Assembly (NCBI GenBank): GCA_963728565.1
Contig: CAVSLC010000006.1
Location: 56,940 to 120,939 of the forward strand
Direction: 5' to 3'
DNA length: 64,000 nucleotides
Origin: an uncultured delta proteobacterium
GTDB lineage: Bacteria > Desulfobacterota > Binatia > UBA9968
Part shown: positions 37,740 through 48,640 of the stretch, in pieces
Layout: each line of letters starts with the position of its first letter
Position numbering within the stretch: the first letter of the stretch is position 1
Translations under genes and position numbers: made by a program
The notes under the pieces: generated by a model
What the model was told of the DNA's origin: nothing
Seen by the model: only the letters and a program-made list of their open reading frames with translations
The model's database searches: none

Positions 37740-38738
37740 ATGAAGTTGCGATCGCTCGCGTTAGTCTATGCAATGTTTGCCGCTGTCGTGATAGAGGGCT
37801 CAAATGCGCTTGCCGCGGACAAGCTGCCGTTCATCTATACGGCCAGGGTCATGTCCCAAGCCTATCCCTGGATTGCGCAAGAAGCCGGATTGTTCAAAAA
37901 GTACGATCTGGAAGTGCCGCTTATCTTCGTTACGGCCGGCGCTCCGGCAGTGGCAACGATACTGGCCGGCGATAGTGAGGTGACGCAGCAAGGAGCGGCG
38001 GCTTTGAGCCGCGCCTTCGTTCAGGGCAATCGAGATGTCGTCTTCATCGGCGGCATTAAAAGCATACTCACTCATAGTATTATCGCCAAGCCCGACATCA
38101 AGAGGCCGGCGGATCTGAAGGGTAAAAGAATCGGTGTGTCACGGATTGGCAGCAACCCGCATTATTTTGCGGTTCAGGCGTTGCGCCAGTTCGGCTTGGA
38201 GAGCCGGGACGTCAGTTACATTCAGGCCGGCGGCGCGCCCGAGACATTGGCCGCGCTGCTTGCACAGGGAATCGACGCCGCGGTCTTAACCGTGCCCACC
38301 GATGCTCAAGCGCTCAAACTCGGTTATCATTATGTGGTATACGGTCCCGATCTGAATATCGCCTATGCCGCCACTACCTTCAACACGCGCCGTTCTATCA
38401 TGGCCAAGCGGGGAACGGTGATCGGGCGTTTCATGCGCGCCATGGCTGAGGCTGCCAAGATCATGCACACCGACAAAGAGTTCACTTACAAAATCATGGA
38501 AAAATATTTGTTCGTGAATGATAGAAAATTACTCGAAGCCAGCTACAACATCGAGATTAAAGCGCTAGAGCCGCGGCTTGCGCTCAAGCTTGAAGGATTT
38601 CAATCGACTCTGGATGAAATCGCGCCCACCGATCCACGGGCCAAAACCGTGAAGCCGCAAGAGATGGTCGATACGCGTTATCTCGATGAAATGGAAAAGA
38701 GCGGATTCTTCGATCAGATCTGGGCCGGCAAGCGATAG
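37740..38738 (+). CDS. SsuA/THI5-like solute-binding protein
   Basis: Signal peptide, PWIAQEAGLFKKYDL, DLKGKRIGV, MVDTRYLDEMEKSGF. Confidence 0.85.
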   Translation: MKLRSLALVYAMFAAVVIEGSNALAADKLPFIYTARVMSQAYPWIAQEAGLFKKYDLEVPLIFVTAGAPAVATILAGDSEVTQQGAAALSRAFVQGNRDVVFIGGIKSILTHSIIAKPDIKRPADLKGKRIGVSRIGSNPHYFAVQALRQFGLESRDVSYIQAGGAPETLAALLAQGIDAAVLTVPTDAQALKLGYHYVVYGPDLNIAYAATTFNTRRSIMAKRGTVIGRFMRAMAEAAKIMHTDKEFTYKIMEKYLFVNDRKLLEASYNIEIKALEPRLALKLEGFQSTLDEIAPTDPRAKTVKPQEMVDTRYLDEMEKSGFFDQIWAGKR

Positions 38739-38768
38739 CCATCGGTTCAGCAGCCCAGTGTCTAGCGC

Positions 38769-38806
38769 AAAAAAACAGCGACCAGGACGTAGTCCGTGGT
38801 CGCTGT
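38769..38806 (-). terminator. Intrinsic terminator downstream of the Tim44-domain gene
   Basis: Minus strand ACAGCGACCA...TGGTCGCTGT hairpin followed by a U-tract. Confidence 0.75.
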
Positions 38807-38841
38807 GACAGCTGTTATTTGGATCTGTTTATTTGTGAATG

Positions 38842-39834
38842 CTAGGCCTGCTGTACGGCCGTCAGTTTCCAAGCATTCGGACCGACGGGGCGGCTGAATG
38901 TCCAGTACTCTTCGAATTGGATCGGCTCGGCGTCACTGCCGGAAACAACCGCACCGCTTCGATCGACGGTGTAATCGAGAAGATTAGCATTGAGCCGAAC
39001 CGTGATGAAATCTTGACCCGATTCGGTCCACGCCTCGGTAATCTCACTGGAGCTGAGCGCAATGTTTTCCATGCGGTTCTGTTGGCCGCGCGCGTTTAGC
39101 CGGCTCAACTCTTCTTGCCAGCTCTGCATCAGCTCGTTACCGCAGAGTCTGTTCAGGGTGGCGGTGTCCTGCTTGTTCCAGGCGCCCTGAACCTTGAAAA
39201 AAGTATCCTGCGCGGTTTTGAGGAACTGATTCGGATCAAAGCTGCGGTCCATCATGGTCAGCGATCTGTAATCAACCTCATTGCCGGCCGGTGTTTCTGG
39301 CAGAGTCGCGGTCTCGGGCGCTCGATAGCCATAGCCCGGCTGGTAGCTCGTTTCTGGTTGAGAGTTGGAATTTTGGTATTGCATCGTCCCATAACCGGTT
39401 GCGGCTGCTGCCGGCCTGCGAAACTTACGGTAGAGGAAATAGCCGATACCGGCTATCAACAAGATTTCGAACAAGCCGAAGCCGCTGCCGCCCAAGCCGC
39501 CAATACCCCCGAAGCCGCCGGCGTTAGCCAGACCTGAAAAGAGCATCGAGCCGAGAAACCCTCCGAGGACTGCGGTGCCAAGCCCGCGCATAAAGCCGCC
39601 GGGTTGAGGCGCGAACTGTCCAGGTTGTTGTGGTGGTGGGGTGGCATCTCTTCGCTGCTGAGCCGGTTGCGAAGGCCGCGATGGAGCCTGGTAACTTCTG
39701 GAGCCGCGAAATCCACCACTTCGCCCGCCGCCGGCGCGCGCGTCAGCATCCATTTCCAAAGCGATCTGCGAAATCCCAATAACGGCGAAAAGGCCAAGGG
39801 CCATCAAAGTCATTTTCTTCGAGATCTTCATCAT
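38842..39834 (-). CDS. Tim44-domain protein
   Basis: ADARAGGGRSGGFRGSRSY N-terminus, Gly-rich TM region, FDPNQFL, QGAW and FEEYWTFSR...WKLTAVQQ. Confidence 0.88.
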   Translation of the reverse strand: MMKISKKMTLMALGLFAVIGISQIALEMDADARAGGGRSGGFRGSRSYQAPSRPSQPAQQRRDATPPPQQPGQFAPQPGGFMRGLGTAVLGGFLGSMLFSGLANAGGFGGIGGLGGSGFGLFEILLIAGIGYFLYRKFRRPAAAATGYGTMQYQNSNSQPETSYQPGYGYRAPETATLPETPAGNEVDYRSLTMMDRSFDPNQFLKTAQDTFFKVQGAWNKQDTATLNRLCGNELMQSWQEELSRLNARGQQNRMENIALSSSEITEAWTESGQDFITVRLNANLLDYTVDRSGAVVSGSDAEPIQFEEYWTFSRPVGPNAWKLTAVQQA

Positions 39835-40117
39835 CTATTCTCCTCACGGGAATGATCGGATCACCAGGAGTCTAGTCGAAAGCCGCATTACAATCAATGC
39901 ACCATCTCGTAAAGTCCAACGCCGGGTTGCAACTCGGGATCATCACGCCCGAAAGTTCGTGACGAAGCAGAGCCGCGCCTAGAGCATATCTCCCTCCGGT
40001 AACCTTGACGGAATGAATCCCGGGAAGTAATCTCCCGGTACTTTGTAGACTTCAGGCGCAGGCGCGTGCTGCCCTAGATTGCTCTGGATTCTGGAATATA
40101 CGATGGGAGGTCCTTGC

Positions 40118-41182
40118 ATGCGACGCACGACTAAGTTTTTTTCGGTCATCACACTTCCGTTGGGAATTGCTTTGTTGTCGTTCTTTTCCGACCTGGTTTA
40201 TTCTCAGGCGCCGTACTATCAAGGTAAGACGATCACGATCCTGCGGGGCGGCGAGCCTGGCGGTTCCGGAGATATGCAGGCGCGCGCGTTGATTCCGTTT
40301 CTTAAAAAATACATCCCTGGGAACCCGACGATTATCGTCGAAAATGTACCCGGCGCCGCAGGCATGAAGGCGGTCAATCAGGTTTATTCAATCGCCAAGC
40401 CGGATGGGCTCACGATTGCCGCAGTCGGCTCCGGTCTCGCTTCCGGCGCCATTCTAGGTCTACCGGGCGCTCGGTACGACATCGACAAACTTATTTATTT
40501 AGGATCGACGGAACATGGCGATCCCTATATTTTCCTCAGCCGTAAAGAGGCCGGATTCGACACTTTGGATAAGCTCCGCGCAGCGCCGTCGGTGCGTATC
40601 GGAGCCCAGACCGTGGGCCATGCAATCTACGTCAGCGGGCGCATCTTTGCCTATGTGCTGGGTCTCAAAGACCCTAGACTCGTAGTTGGTTTCGGAGGTC
40701 CTGAACTCGACACCGCCTTAGTCCGCGGTGAGATTGATGCCAGGGCAAACAGCGCCGATACAGTAGTGCGCCGAAACGCCGAAGCTCTCGCCAAAGGCGA
40801 ATACAATGTTCATGCGACCCTGACGATTCCGAAAGGCAATCTCCATCCGCGTTTTGCCAATGTTCCTGATGCCGACTCGCTTGCAAAGAGTGATAAAGAG
40901 CGGCAGTTGGTGAATCTATTCCGCGCCTTTATGTATCCGCGCTGGCCCTATGTGCTGCCTCCGGGAACACCTGAAGCCACCGTGAAGATTTTACGCGCCG
41001 CGATGGCTAGCGCCTTCAAGGATCCAGGTTTCAGCGGCGAGTTTAAAAAGCTCATGGGCGGCGAACCGTCGCCGTTGACCGGAGAGGAAGTCGAGACCTC
41101 AATTCGAGAATTGCCGCGCGATCCTGAGGTGATCGGCCTGTATAAAAAGATGGCCGAACACGGTCCGCTGCCGCCGCGGTGA
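40118..41182 (+). CDS. TctC/Bug-family binding protein
   Basis: YYQGKTITI..G..PGG..D, VENVPGAAG, KPDGLTI and PYVLPPGTP; GGAGG RBS. Confidence 0.85.
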   Translation: MRRTTKFFSVITLPLGIALLSFFSDLVYSQAPYYQGKTITILRGGEPGGSGDMQARALIPFLKKYIPGNPTIIVENVPGAAGMKAVNQVYSIAKPDGLTIAAVGSGLASGAILGLPGARYDIDKLIYLGSTEHGDPYIFLSRKEAGFDTLDKLRAAPSVRIGAQTVGHAIYVSGRIFAYVLGLKDPRLVVGFGGPELDTALVRGEIDARANSADTVVRRNAEALAKGEYNVHATLTIPKGNLHPRFANVPDADSLAKSDKERQLVNLFRAFMYPRWPYVLPPGTPEATVKILRAAMASAFKDPGFSGEFKKLMGGEPSPLTGEEVETSIRELPRDPEVIGLYKKMAEHGPLPPR

Positions 41183-41572
41183 AGCTCGAGGATCGAGTAG
41201 CGCGCTAACCTAGTCAAAGCTTAGCGACTCATGCATCCGATAATCCAAAGCAAGGCGACTGACGACGTCTCGGCGTTTTTCGCGGCTTCCCCGATGAGGA
41301 GCACTGCGCCTAGCGCCGGTATGTTTAGAACAGCAATCCTCTGCCAGTTCAATGTTGAGCTAATGCGAGTCAAGGCACATCCGCTTTTTACGTGAATTTT
41401 GCTTTTTGAAAGGGCAATCGATGGCGCATCTAACACATAATGTCCCGTCATAGGAGTTGTTCCACCGAACCTCCCATTGGGGGCCATAATCGCGCCTACT
41501 TGCAGGCCATTGTATGTTCCTAGCTGGAAGCATTCTGCAGAATAGCCTTTAGGTTTCAGGAAGACGAAGAAA

Positions 41573-42405
41573 GTGATTCGCAGAGTCGGATTTATCGGTC
41601 TTGGCACTATGGGAAAGCCGATGGCAATCCATATCGCCAATGCTGGTTTCGATTTGATGGTTTATGACGTTCGTGAGGAACCGCTTCGGGAGCTGAGTAG
41701 ATTTGGGGCGAAGATTGCTCGGTCGGCGAAAGAAGCCGCCGAGCACGGCGAGCTCGTAGAAATAGCCGTGCTCGATGATGCGCAAGTTGAAGCCGTGTGC
41801 TTTGGCGAAGCGGGCGTTCTTACGGGCGCCAAGCCAGGGACGATGGTCGCCGTTCATAGCACCCTCTTGCCGAAAACGCTTCGTTCGCTGGCGGAGAGCG
41901 CCTCGGTCAAAAACCTTATCATCGTCGACGCGCCGATCAGCGGCGGAGAAGCCGGCGCTTATGGAAAAAAACTCTGTTACATGGTCGGCGGCTCGAAGGA
42001 TTGCTTTGACAGATGCCGCGAAGTATTTGCCAGCTCGGGAGCAGAGATTCTTCATTTGGGCGATGTTGGTGCCGGCACTACGGCGAAGATCATCAATCAG
42101 ATTCTTGTCTGTATCAACATGGTGGCGATGTTCGAAGGGATTTCCATAGCCGAAAAAACCGGTTTAGATCTCAAATTGTTGCAACAGGCGATTCATCACA
42201 GCGCCGGGCAGAGCTACATGGCAGATCATTGGTTTGAGCGCATTGAGCGGGTGTCCCGGTCTCCGGAGGCGCTGCGTCATCAGTGGGAGGGCTTTTATAA
42301 AACATTGTCAGTGGCGCTCGAGTGCGCCAACGATCTTGGTGTTTCTCTTCCGGGCACGGCTCTGACGCAACAGTTTTAGCGAAAGTCGTCGGTTACAAGA
42401 AGTAA
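41573..42405 (+). CDS. NAD(P)-dependent 3-hydroxyisobutyrate/6-phosphogluconate dehydrogenase-family oxidoreductase
   Basis: GFIGLGTMG, VDAPISGG and G.GTTAKIINQ; the ORF stops at 42379 but one added T in the TTTT run restores ...QQFLAKVVGYKK-stop at 42405. Confidence 0.85.
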
Positions 42406-42436
42406 AGTACTCACAAGCAAAAGAACCCAAAAAGGA

Positions 42437-43618
42437 ATGCCAAAAAAGGAATGGCTGATGGGCAGTGAAAATTCTGTAGATCTTTACCGCACCGAGCCCG
42501 GCAGTCTCGCCGGACGTTATCTACGCTCGTTCTGGCAACCCGTCTATCGAGCCAAGGATTTGCCGGCCGGCGAAGCCGTGCCGCTGCGGATCATGAGCGA
42601 AGATTTCACCCTTTACCGGGGCCGATCTGGCGCGCCGCACGTGATCGCGTTTCGCTGCGCGCACGTGGCACGCAGCTCTCGGCGGGCTGGGTAGAGGATG
42701 ATTGTATTCGTTGTTTCTATCATGGCTGGAAATATGACTCGTCGGGCCAGTGCGTCGAACAACCCGGGGAAGACCCGTCCTTCAAATCGAAGATCAAGAT
42801 TCGCAGCTATCCAACGGAAGAGTATCTAGGGCTTATCTTCGCGTTTCTTGGCGACGGCGCCGTTCCCTCATTGCCTCGCTATTCTGATCTTGATGCAGGC
42901 GGCATTATCGACGTGCTGTTGAGCGAAGAATGGCCGTGCAATTACTTCAACCGGCTCGACAACCTGGGCGATCCGGTTCACGTGCCGTTTACGCACCGTG
43001 AATCGCGGAGCAGAATCGGCATCGACGTCGTCGTTCCCGATCAGTTGATCGCGGAGGAAAACGATGTCGGCATCAAATTGACGCGGAAGTTAGCCGCAGG
43101 CAAAAGCGAAGCGCGTTACATTCTCATGCCGAACATGAATCATCTGAGACATCCGCTGCGCATCAAAGGAGCCGATCGCAAAAGAACTAAAGGAAGGTTC
43201 GGTCGATCGGTTTTTATGGCGCGTCCCCATCGACAACGACCGCTGTTTGGGCCTGGGGGTCGACATCGTCCATCTCGAAGGCGAAGATGCGAAGAAGAAA
43301 TTTCGGGAATTCTCGTCGGAGACAGAGCCGGATCGGCCGAGCCATGTCGAACTGGGTAAAAGAGTTCTCCAGGGCAAAGCGAAGATCAAGAATTTGTCCG
43401 GCGCGGATAACTACGAGCTCACCAGGATCGAAGACTATGTTGCGCAAGTGGGGCAGGGGGCGATCGCGGATCAAAGCAACTTTCATCTGGGCCGCAACGA
43501 CGTGGTGGTGATACTTTTCCGAAAAATCTGGGAACGAGAGCTGCGGGCATTATCTGAGGGGCGGCCGACGAAACAGTGGAAAACGCTTTCGGGCGCGGAC
43601 TTCGATGGCCAGGAATAA
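42437..43618 (+). CDS. Rieske non-heme iron oxygenase alpha subunit (phthalate 4,5-dioxygenase/vanillate demethylase-like), split by frameshifts near 42665 and 43200
   Basis: AGRYLRSFWQPV; Rieske CAH...C.YHGWKYD; mononuclear Fe motif NLGDPVHVPFTH; EDYVAQVGQG and HLG..D. Confidence 0.82.
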
Positions 43619-43697
43619 TTCTCGCGACCAGGTACAAGACCATCGGTGAAGGAGTTTCGACGCCTGCAATTTCGATTACAGATTTTTTATCTAAACC

Positions 43698-44675
43698 TTG
43701 CTGGTGAGGACGAAAACAGTGGTAGTTAATTTTCTTGCGATCTTCTTTTGGATCTGCCTAGGGTCACTCCGGCCGCGACGGCGCGAGACGGCAAAGGTGC
43801 ACCGTACCGGCATCGGCAGTCCGAATGCTTTCCTCTTCGTGGCGGGAATCGACAAAGGATTTTACAAAGAAAACGGTCTCGATACGTTGACGATCATGGC
43901 GCAGCCCCAGATCGGTGTGCAGGGCTTGATCGGCGGGAGCTTCGACTTTAGCCAGATTCTCGGCGCGACTACGACTGCGATCATGCGGGGTGTCGGGCTT
44001 AAGATCATGATGGTCTTCGACAGCAAGCCGCAGTTCTGGCTGTATGGCGCGCCGGAAATCAAGACTCTTCAAGACGTCAAAGGAAAAACCGTCGCAATCC
44101 AGACTATCGGCGGCGCCAGCGGTCACATGACCCGGGAGCTGCTTAGCAAAAGCGGAATCGATCCCCAGCGCGACGTGACCATTCAAGTCATACCTTTAGA
44201 AGGCCGGCTTGCCGCCTTGGGCAGTGGCGCGGTCGCCGCCACTGTAGTCAATGCGCCGGAGCGAACCCGCGCCAACAAAATGGGCTTCAATGAGCTGGCA
44301 TCCTATGGTGACCATTTTGAATATGCGAGCGGCGGTGTCGCAGTGACGGAAAAAATGCTCGCGGAACGGCCCGAGTTTGTGCGGCGGTTTCTTGCCGGCA
44401 CCCTGAAAACATTACAGTGGTACCGAAGGAATGAAAAAGAGGCGGTAAAGATGTTTGCCCGGTTCAGCAAAGTCCCCGAGGAGGACGCGCTCGCGGTCTA
44501 TCGCGCGTCGGTGAAAGCCTATACGGAAGACGGCATTTTGTCGCCCGCCGCACAGGATCGAATCATCAGCTTTCACAAGAACGAGGTGAAGATAGACAAA
44601 GACATCCCGGCACAGCGTGTTTTCAATTTCACTCTGTTGGAGTCAGTGCTGAGTGAGAAGGTTAAAGAAAAGTGA
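43698..44675 (+). CDS. SsuA/THI5-like solute-binding protein (GGSFD.SQ.LG subfamily)
   Basis: KGFYKENGL and GVQGLIGGSFDFSQILG; N-terminus probably garbled by indels. Confidence 0.8.
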   Translation: MLVRTKTVVVNFLAIFFWICLGSLRPRRRETAKVHRTGIGSPNAFLFVAGIDKGFYKENGLDTLTIMAQPQIGVQGLIGGSFDFSQILGATTTAIMRGVGLKIMMVFDSKPQFWLYGAPEIKTLQDVKGKTVAIQTIGGASGHMTRELLSKSGIDPQRDVTIQVIPLEGRLAALGSGAVAATVVNAPERTRANKMGFNELASYGDHFEYASGGVAVTEKMLAERPEFVRRFLAGTLKTLQWYRRNEKEAVKMFARFSKVPEEDALAVYRASVKAYTEDGILSPAAQDRIISFHKNEVKIDKDIPAQRVFNFTLLESVLSEKVKEK

Positions 44676-44941
44676 AGGCTACAACGAAGCGCACGACCGA
44701 CACGAAGATTGGTTAGATCGCCGACCGGAGAGCCTTCTTGTTGTCCTTGTGACTGAATCGGGAAAGCTCAAACAGAATTCTTGTACGTTCGCAATGAAAT
44801 GATGGCAATGGTCATCCTCAGACACTTAGAGGGCGCTATCGTTCGCGATCCCTGCCTTCTAGCATTCGAGAATGAAGAAGATAAGCCTCCATCACCGCTC
44901 CAACCTCGGCAGTCGGCGTTGCAGCGGCACACCGTCGCTAA

Positions 44942-45991
44942 TCAGAATCCATATTTTTCAAACGTCGTCATGGCCTTGTTGAACGCTGGTTTCAGCTCTC
45001 CCCGGGTGCTGACGTCGCGATAAGCATCTCGCACGGCGTCATCTTTGAATACCTCCTGGACAGGGATGGGACGCTCCAGCCTGCCTCTCTTGACCATCTC
45101 CTGAATGATCCGTTCGAGCGCATGACGCTCGATGCCGCCGTCCATCGGCAGCGCCCAACTGTCAACCCGATCCGGCGCCGAAGCGATAAACAGTCCCTGT
45201 TCGTCTTCGTTATGAGTGAGCTTTCTTAACCGCGCTTCGAGATCGTGCAGATACTGAAAATTATTTACGTCGCGCATGAACCAGAATGTCCGGGTAATGG
45301 CTCGGAAGTATGCCTTCAGCTCGTCGCTGCGCTGCTCGATAGTTCTTCGCGGAGCCACGGTGACTTTGCCAGGTCGCCGGGGAAAGACCACGTTGGGATC
45401 CAGGATGACCGGGTAACCTTCTTTCTCCAGTTCATCTGAGAAGGGTGGTGATGACGTGATGGCGTTTACTTTTCCAGAGCGGAGCATATCGATATGAGCC
45501 GGGTTGTTGCGGTAGCCGAAGACGGGGTCCTGTACCATCTCTACTTCGGTTGCCGGGTCTACGCCGGCCTCTTTCAGGGCCTCCTCGATGAAAAACTCGA
45601 CCAGGCCGCCGCCGTCCGCTGAATTTTCGCGCACGCCGATTTTGCCGCCGCGAAGCTTGCTCATGTCGGTGATATGTTTCGAGCCATACCATTTGAGAAA
45701 CGGCGTGTAGCGCCAGCCGCCGACGATGTAGACGTCAGCTCCTTGTACGCGCTGGAGGATCGCCGATTCGGTGTCCACCGCGGTAGCGATATCGACTCCG
45801 TGTTCCTTGATCGCCAATCCCAGAGTTTGGCTTTCCGAAGGGCCGGGCAGGAGGCCGCTGCGTTCGTACTCATAGCGTGAGAGACCTTCCTGTTTGAAGA
45901 ACCCCTGCTCTTCGGCGACATAGATAGCGACCCAGTGGCCGACGTGATAGTTGACATTGGCGATTAGAAGCGGCTGATCCAGAGTGCTCAT
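44942..45991 (-). CDS. Signal-peptide-less SBP-fold protein (putative cytoplasmic enzyme), paralog 1
   Basis: Starts MSTLDQPLLIANVNYHVGH with no hydrophobic leader; AEEQGFFKQEGL and LRGGKIGV SsuA-like core; ATGA overlap with the upstream SBP gene. Confidence 0.75.
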   Translation of the reverse strand: MSTLDQPLLIANVNYHVGHWVAIYVAEEQGFFKQEGLSRYEYERSGLLPGPSESQTLGLAIKEHGVDIATAVDTESAILQRVQGADVYIVGGWRYTPFLKWYGSKHITDMSKLRGGKIGVRENSADGGGLVEFFIEEALKEAGVDPATEVEMVQDPVFGYRNNPAHIDMLRSGKVNAITSSPPFSDELEKEGYPVILDPNVVFPRRPGKVTVAPRRTIEQRSDELKAYFRAITRTFWFMRDVNNFQYLHDLEARLRKLTHNEDEQGLFIASAPDRVDSWALPMDGGIERHALERIIQEMVKRGRLERPIPVQEVFKDDAVRDAYRDVSTRGELKPAFNKAMTTFEKYGF

Positions 45992-46983
45992 GACGATTCT
46001 CCTTTTCCTAATTCCTTGTTTCCGGTACGGACAAAGCTGAAGTCATAGACGCTCTCCGGCGGGATGTCTTTTTCTACGTTCAAAACTTTTCGCTGGAGCG
46101 AAACCATTCTTTCCTGAAGGTTTCGCGGGATGGCTCCGTCCTGAGAAAAAAGTTTCACTCCCGTTCTGTAGAGCTCCAGGCCGTCGGCCTCGGAAGATTT
46201 AGTCGCTTTGGCCAGCCTGGCGGCGACTTCCTTCTCGTTGGCTTTAAGCCAGTAAAACGTTTTGAGGGCGCCGCGGATGAAACGCCGAACGAAATCAGGT
46301 CTTTGAGAAATGTTTCTTTCGGTCGCCACCACGCCGGCCGAGACAAACTCGATGTGATCGCCGAAGAACAATAATTCCTTGAAGCCCTGCCTGCGCGCGA
46401 TGATCGTTTCAGGGTGGGTCAACACCGCCCCGTCAACCACGCCGCTTAACAGCGCAGCCAGTCTGTTGGGCGGCGGCTCGATGGCCCGCAGAGTGACGTC
46501 ACGCATGGGTTCCATACCGAATCGCGGCAGCAGCTCGCGCGTCATCTGATCCAGCGCCGCGCCGAAGCTGGATACCGCCAACTGTTTGCCCTTCAGATCC
46601 TGAATCCCCTTCATGTTTTTCGTCCCTAGAAGGAACCACGATGGACGCGTGTCGAAGGCCATGATGATCTTGAGCGGCGCGCCCCTCATGATGGCGCCTC
46701 CACCTTGCCCGAGCATCTGGCTATAGTCGAAGCTGCCGCCGATCAACCCCTGAATCCCCTGGAGCATCCCGGCCATGATCGGTTGCAGCTCAATACCTTC
46801 TTCTCTATAAAAGCCTTTTTCTTTGCCGACGTGATAGACGAAGCTGGTGATGTTCGGCGTTCCAGCTACGTGGATCTTTGCTTCATCCAGAGCTAACGAG
46901 ATGGGGGCGGGAGCCAAGCCAATGGTCAAAAACAAAAGAAAGATACTTCGAGAGTATCTTGGGCTTGGACTAAGCTTCATCAA
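45988..46983 (-). CDS. SsuA/THI5-like solute-binding protein (GGSFD.SQ.LG subfamily)
   Basis: Signal peptide, EKGFYREEGI, GIQGLIGGSFDYSQMLG. Confidence 0.85.
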   Translation of the reverse strand: MMKLSPSPRYSRSIFLLFLTIGLAPAPISLALDEAKIHVAGTPNITSFVYHVGKEKGFYREEGIELQPIMAGMLQGIQGLIGGSFDYSQMLGQGGGAIMRGAPLKIIMAFDTRPSWFLLGTKNMKGIQDLKGKQLAVSSFGAALDQMTRELLPRFGMEPMRDVTLRAIEPPPNRLAALLSGVVDGAVLTHPETIIARRQGFKELLFFGDHIEFVSAGVVATERNISQRPDFVRRFIRGALKTFYWLKANEKEVAARLAKATKSSEADGLELYRTGVKLFSQDGAIPRNLQERMVSLQRKVLNVEKDIPPESVYDFSFVRTGNKELGKGESS

Positions 46984-47218
46984 GTTCTCCGTGGTTGCAA
47001 ATTACTGGAGTCACCTTTTTGTTGGACGACTCAATCGCTGTTGGATGACATGGGCCGGCATCGGCAATAATGTTTACTGCTTAGCTCAACGGCCGTCAAA
47101 CTGTTTGGCGAGTTTTACATACGTTTCGAATTGCGAGACAGCCGGCAGCATCGAATATGAGCGATTGTTTGACCTGGTGCATGCGCCGACTATATAAGAA
47201 CAGAAAACAACAGCGGGA

Positions 47219-48196
47219 GTGTGTATGTTATCTGTTTTGATCTTCGTGCTTTTGATCTTTAGCAGCGCGTCGGAGGGGATTTCGGCCGAGAGTCAAAAAC
47301 TTGATCGAGTTCGCATCGGCTATTCATCGATTTCCAGCAGTCGCATTGCGCTTTGGGTGGCGAGCGAAATGGGCTTCTTTAAGAAAAATGGCCTCGCGGC
47401 CGAGGCCATCGTCACGCCGGGCGTGCAGGGTACCCAGGCGCTGATCGCCGGCGAACTTCAGTTTTATCTCGGCGGCGTCGATTCAGCCGCGCTGGCGGCG
47501 GCGCGAGGATCCGACCTGGTGGTCCTGGCCACCGCAGAACCCATCGAGTACAAGCTGATTACTCAGCCAAACGTCAAAACTGTTAAAGAGGTAAGAGGCA
47601 AAAAGATCGTTGTCGATCGAGTGGGCGGCACGAGCTACTACATTTCGCTCCAGATCCTGGAAAAGGTCGGACTGAAGACCGGTGACGTTGAACTGGTGCA
47701 AGTGGGCGGCGGTGGAAATCAACGAGTGGCGGCGTTCAAGTCCGGGTTGGTCGCGGGTGTTGTTACATCTCCGGATCGATTCGAACAATTGAAAATTCCT
47801 TATCACGTTTTAGCGGATGCGATGGAGCTGGGAATCAAAGTGATGGGGAACTCGTATCTCACCACTCGGAGTTTTCGCGATCAAAACAAGGACGTGGTGC
47901 TGCGTACTACGAGAGCGCTGGTGCAAGGCAGGCGCTGGGCCAAGGACCCGGAAAACCGTCAAGAGGTTCTCAGGATTTATAATCGCTATCTGCCCAGTCC
48001 GGACGCTTCGTTCATGGATCATCTGTACCGAAAGAATGTCGAATCAATGCCGCTCTACCCCTATACGAATATTGAAGATCTGCGCATTTTTCTGTCTTAC
48101 TTGACCGACGCCAATCCAACTCTACGAAACTTAAAGTTGGCGGAATTCATCGATAACAGCTATCTCAAGCGGGTCGAGCAGGAAACCGGCAGCTGA
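47219..48196 (+). CDS. SsuA/THI5-like solute-binding protein
   Basis: Signal peptide, ALWVASEMGFFKKNGL, FIDNSYLKRV. Confidence 0.85.
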   Translation: MCMLSVLIFVLLIFSSASEGISAESQKLDRVRIGYSSISSSRIALWVASEMGFFKKNGLAAEAIVTPGVQGTQALIAGELQFYLGGVDSAALAAARGSDLVVLATAEPIEYKLITQPNVKTVKEVRGKKIVVDRVGGTSYYISLQILEKVGLKTGDVELVQVGGGGNQRVAAFKSGLVAGVVTSPDRFEQLKIPYHVLADAMELGIKVMGNSYLTTRSFRDQNKDVVLRTTRALVQGRRWAKDPENRQEVLRIYNRYLPSPDASFMDHLYRKNVESMPLYPYTNIEDLRIFLSYLTDANPTLRNLKLAEFIDNSYLKRVEQETGS

Positions 48197-48377
48197 TTCG
48201 CGGCGCACGGCCCCGGAACAGAAAACAACTCGTCACATAATATGACATGATTTGCGGCAATGAGTCGGTGCTGCTTTATCCAGATGCGAACTAAGTATTC
48301 ACCACGATGTGTGTCATGAGTTTACATTCCCCCCATACAGAATCAAAATTCTTCAGGCCCTAATTCTCGGACGAGCT

Positions 48378-48452
48378 GTCATTCCGCATGCTTGTAGCGG
48401 GAATCCATGATGAATTCGGACTGGACCCCCGACTAAAACATTCGGGGGTGAC
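48378..48452. repeat. REP-like double-hairpin element
   Basis: GTCATTCCGC...GCGGGAATCCA then CTGGACCCCCGA...TCGGGGGTGAC. Confidence 0.6.
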
Positions 48453-48640
48453 GATCGTGGGGGGTCGCATCTCTTCACCTCAGCCGCAATTTTCGAAGGA
48501 GCGCACGAAGGACAAGGAGAGATGAAGCTCGCGACGTTATTTCATCTGCCTCGGACCATTCGACGGAGCTCAGAACGGCTCCCTCAACAGCATGCGTTCG
48601 AGGAACCGGGGAAATCAGCTTATGAGGCTTTACCAACTTG

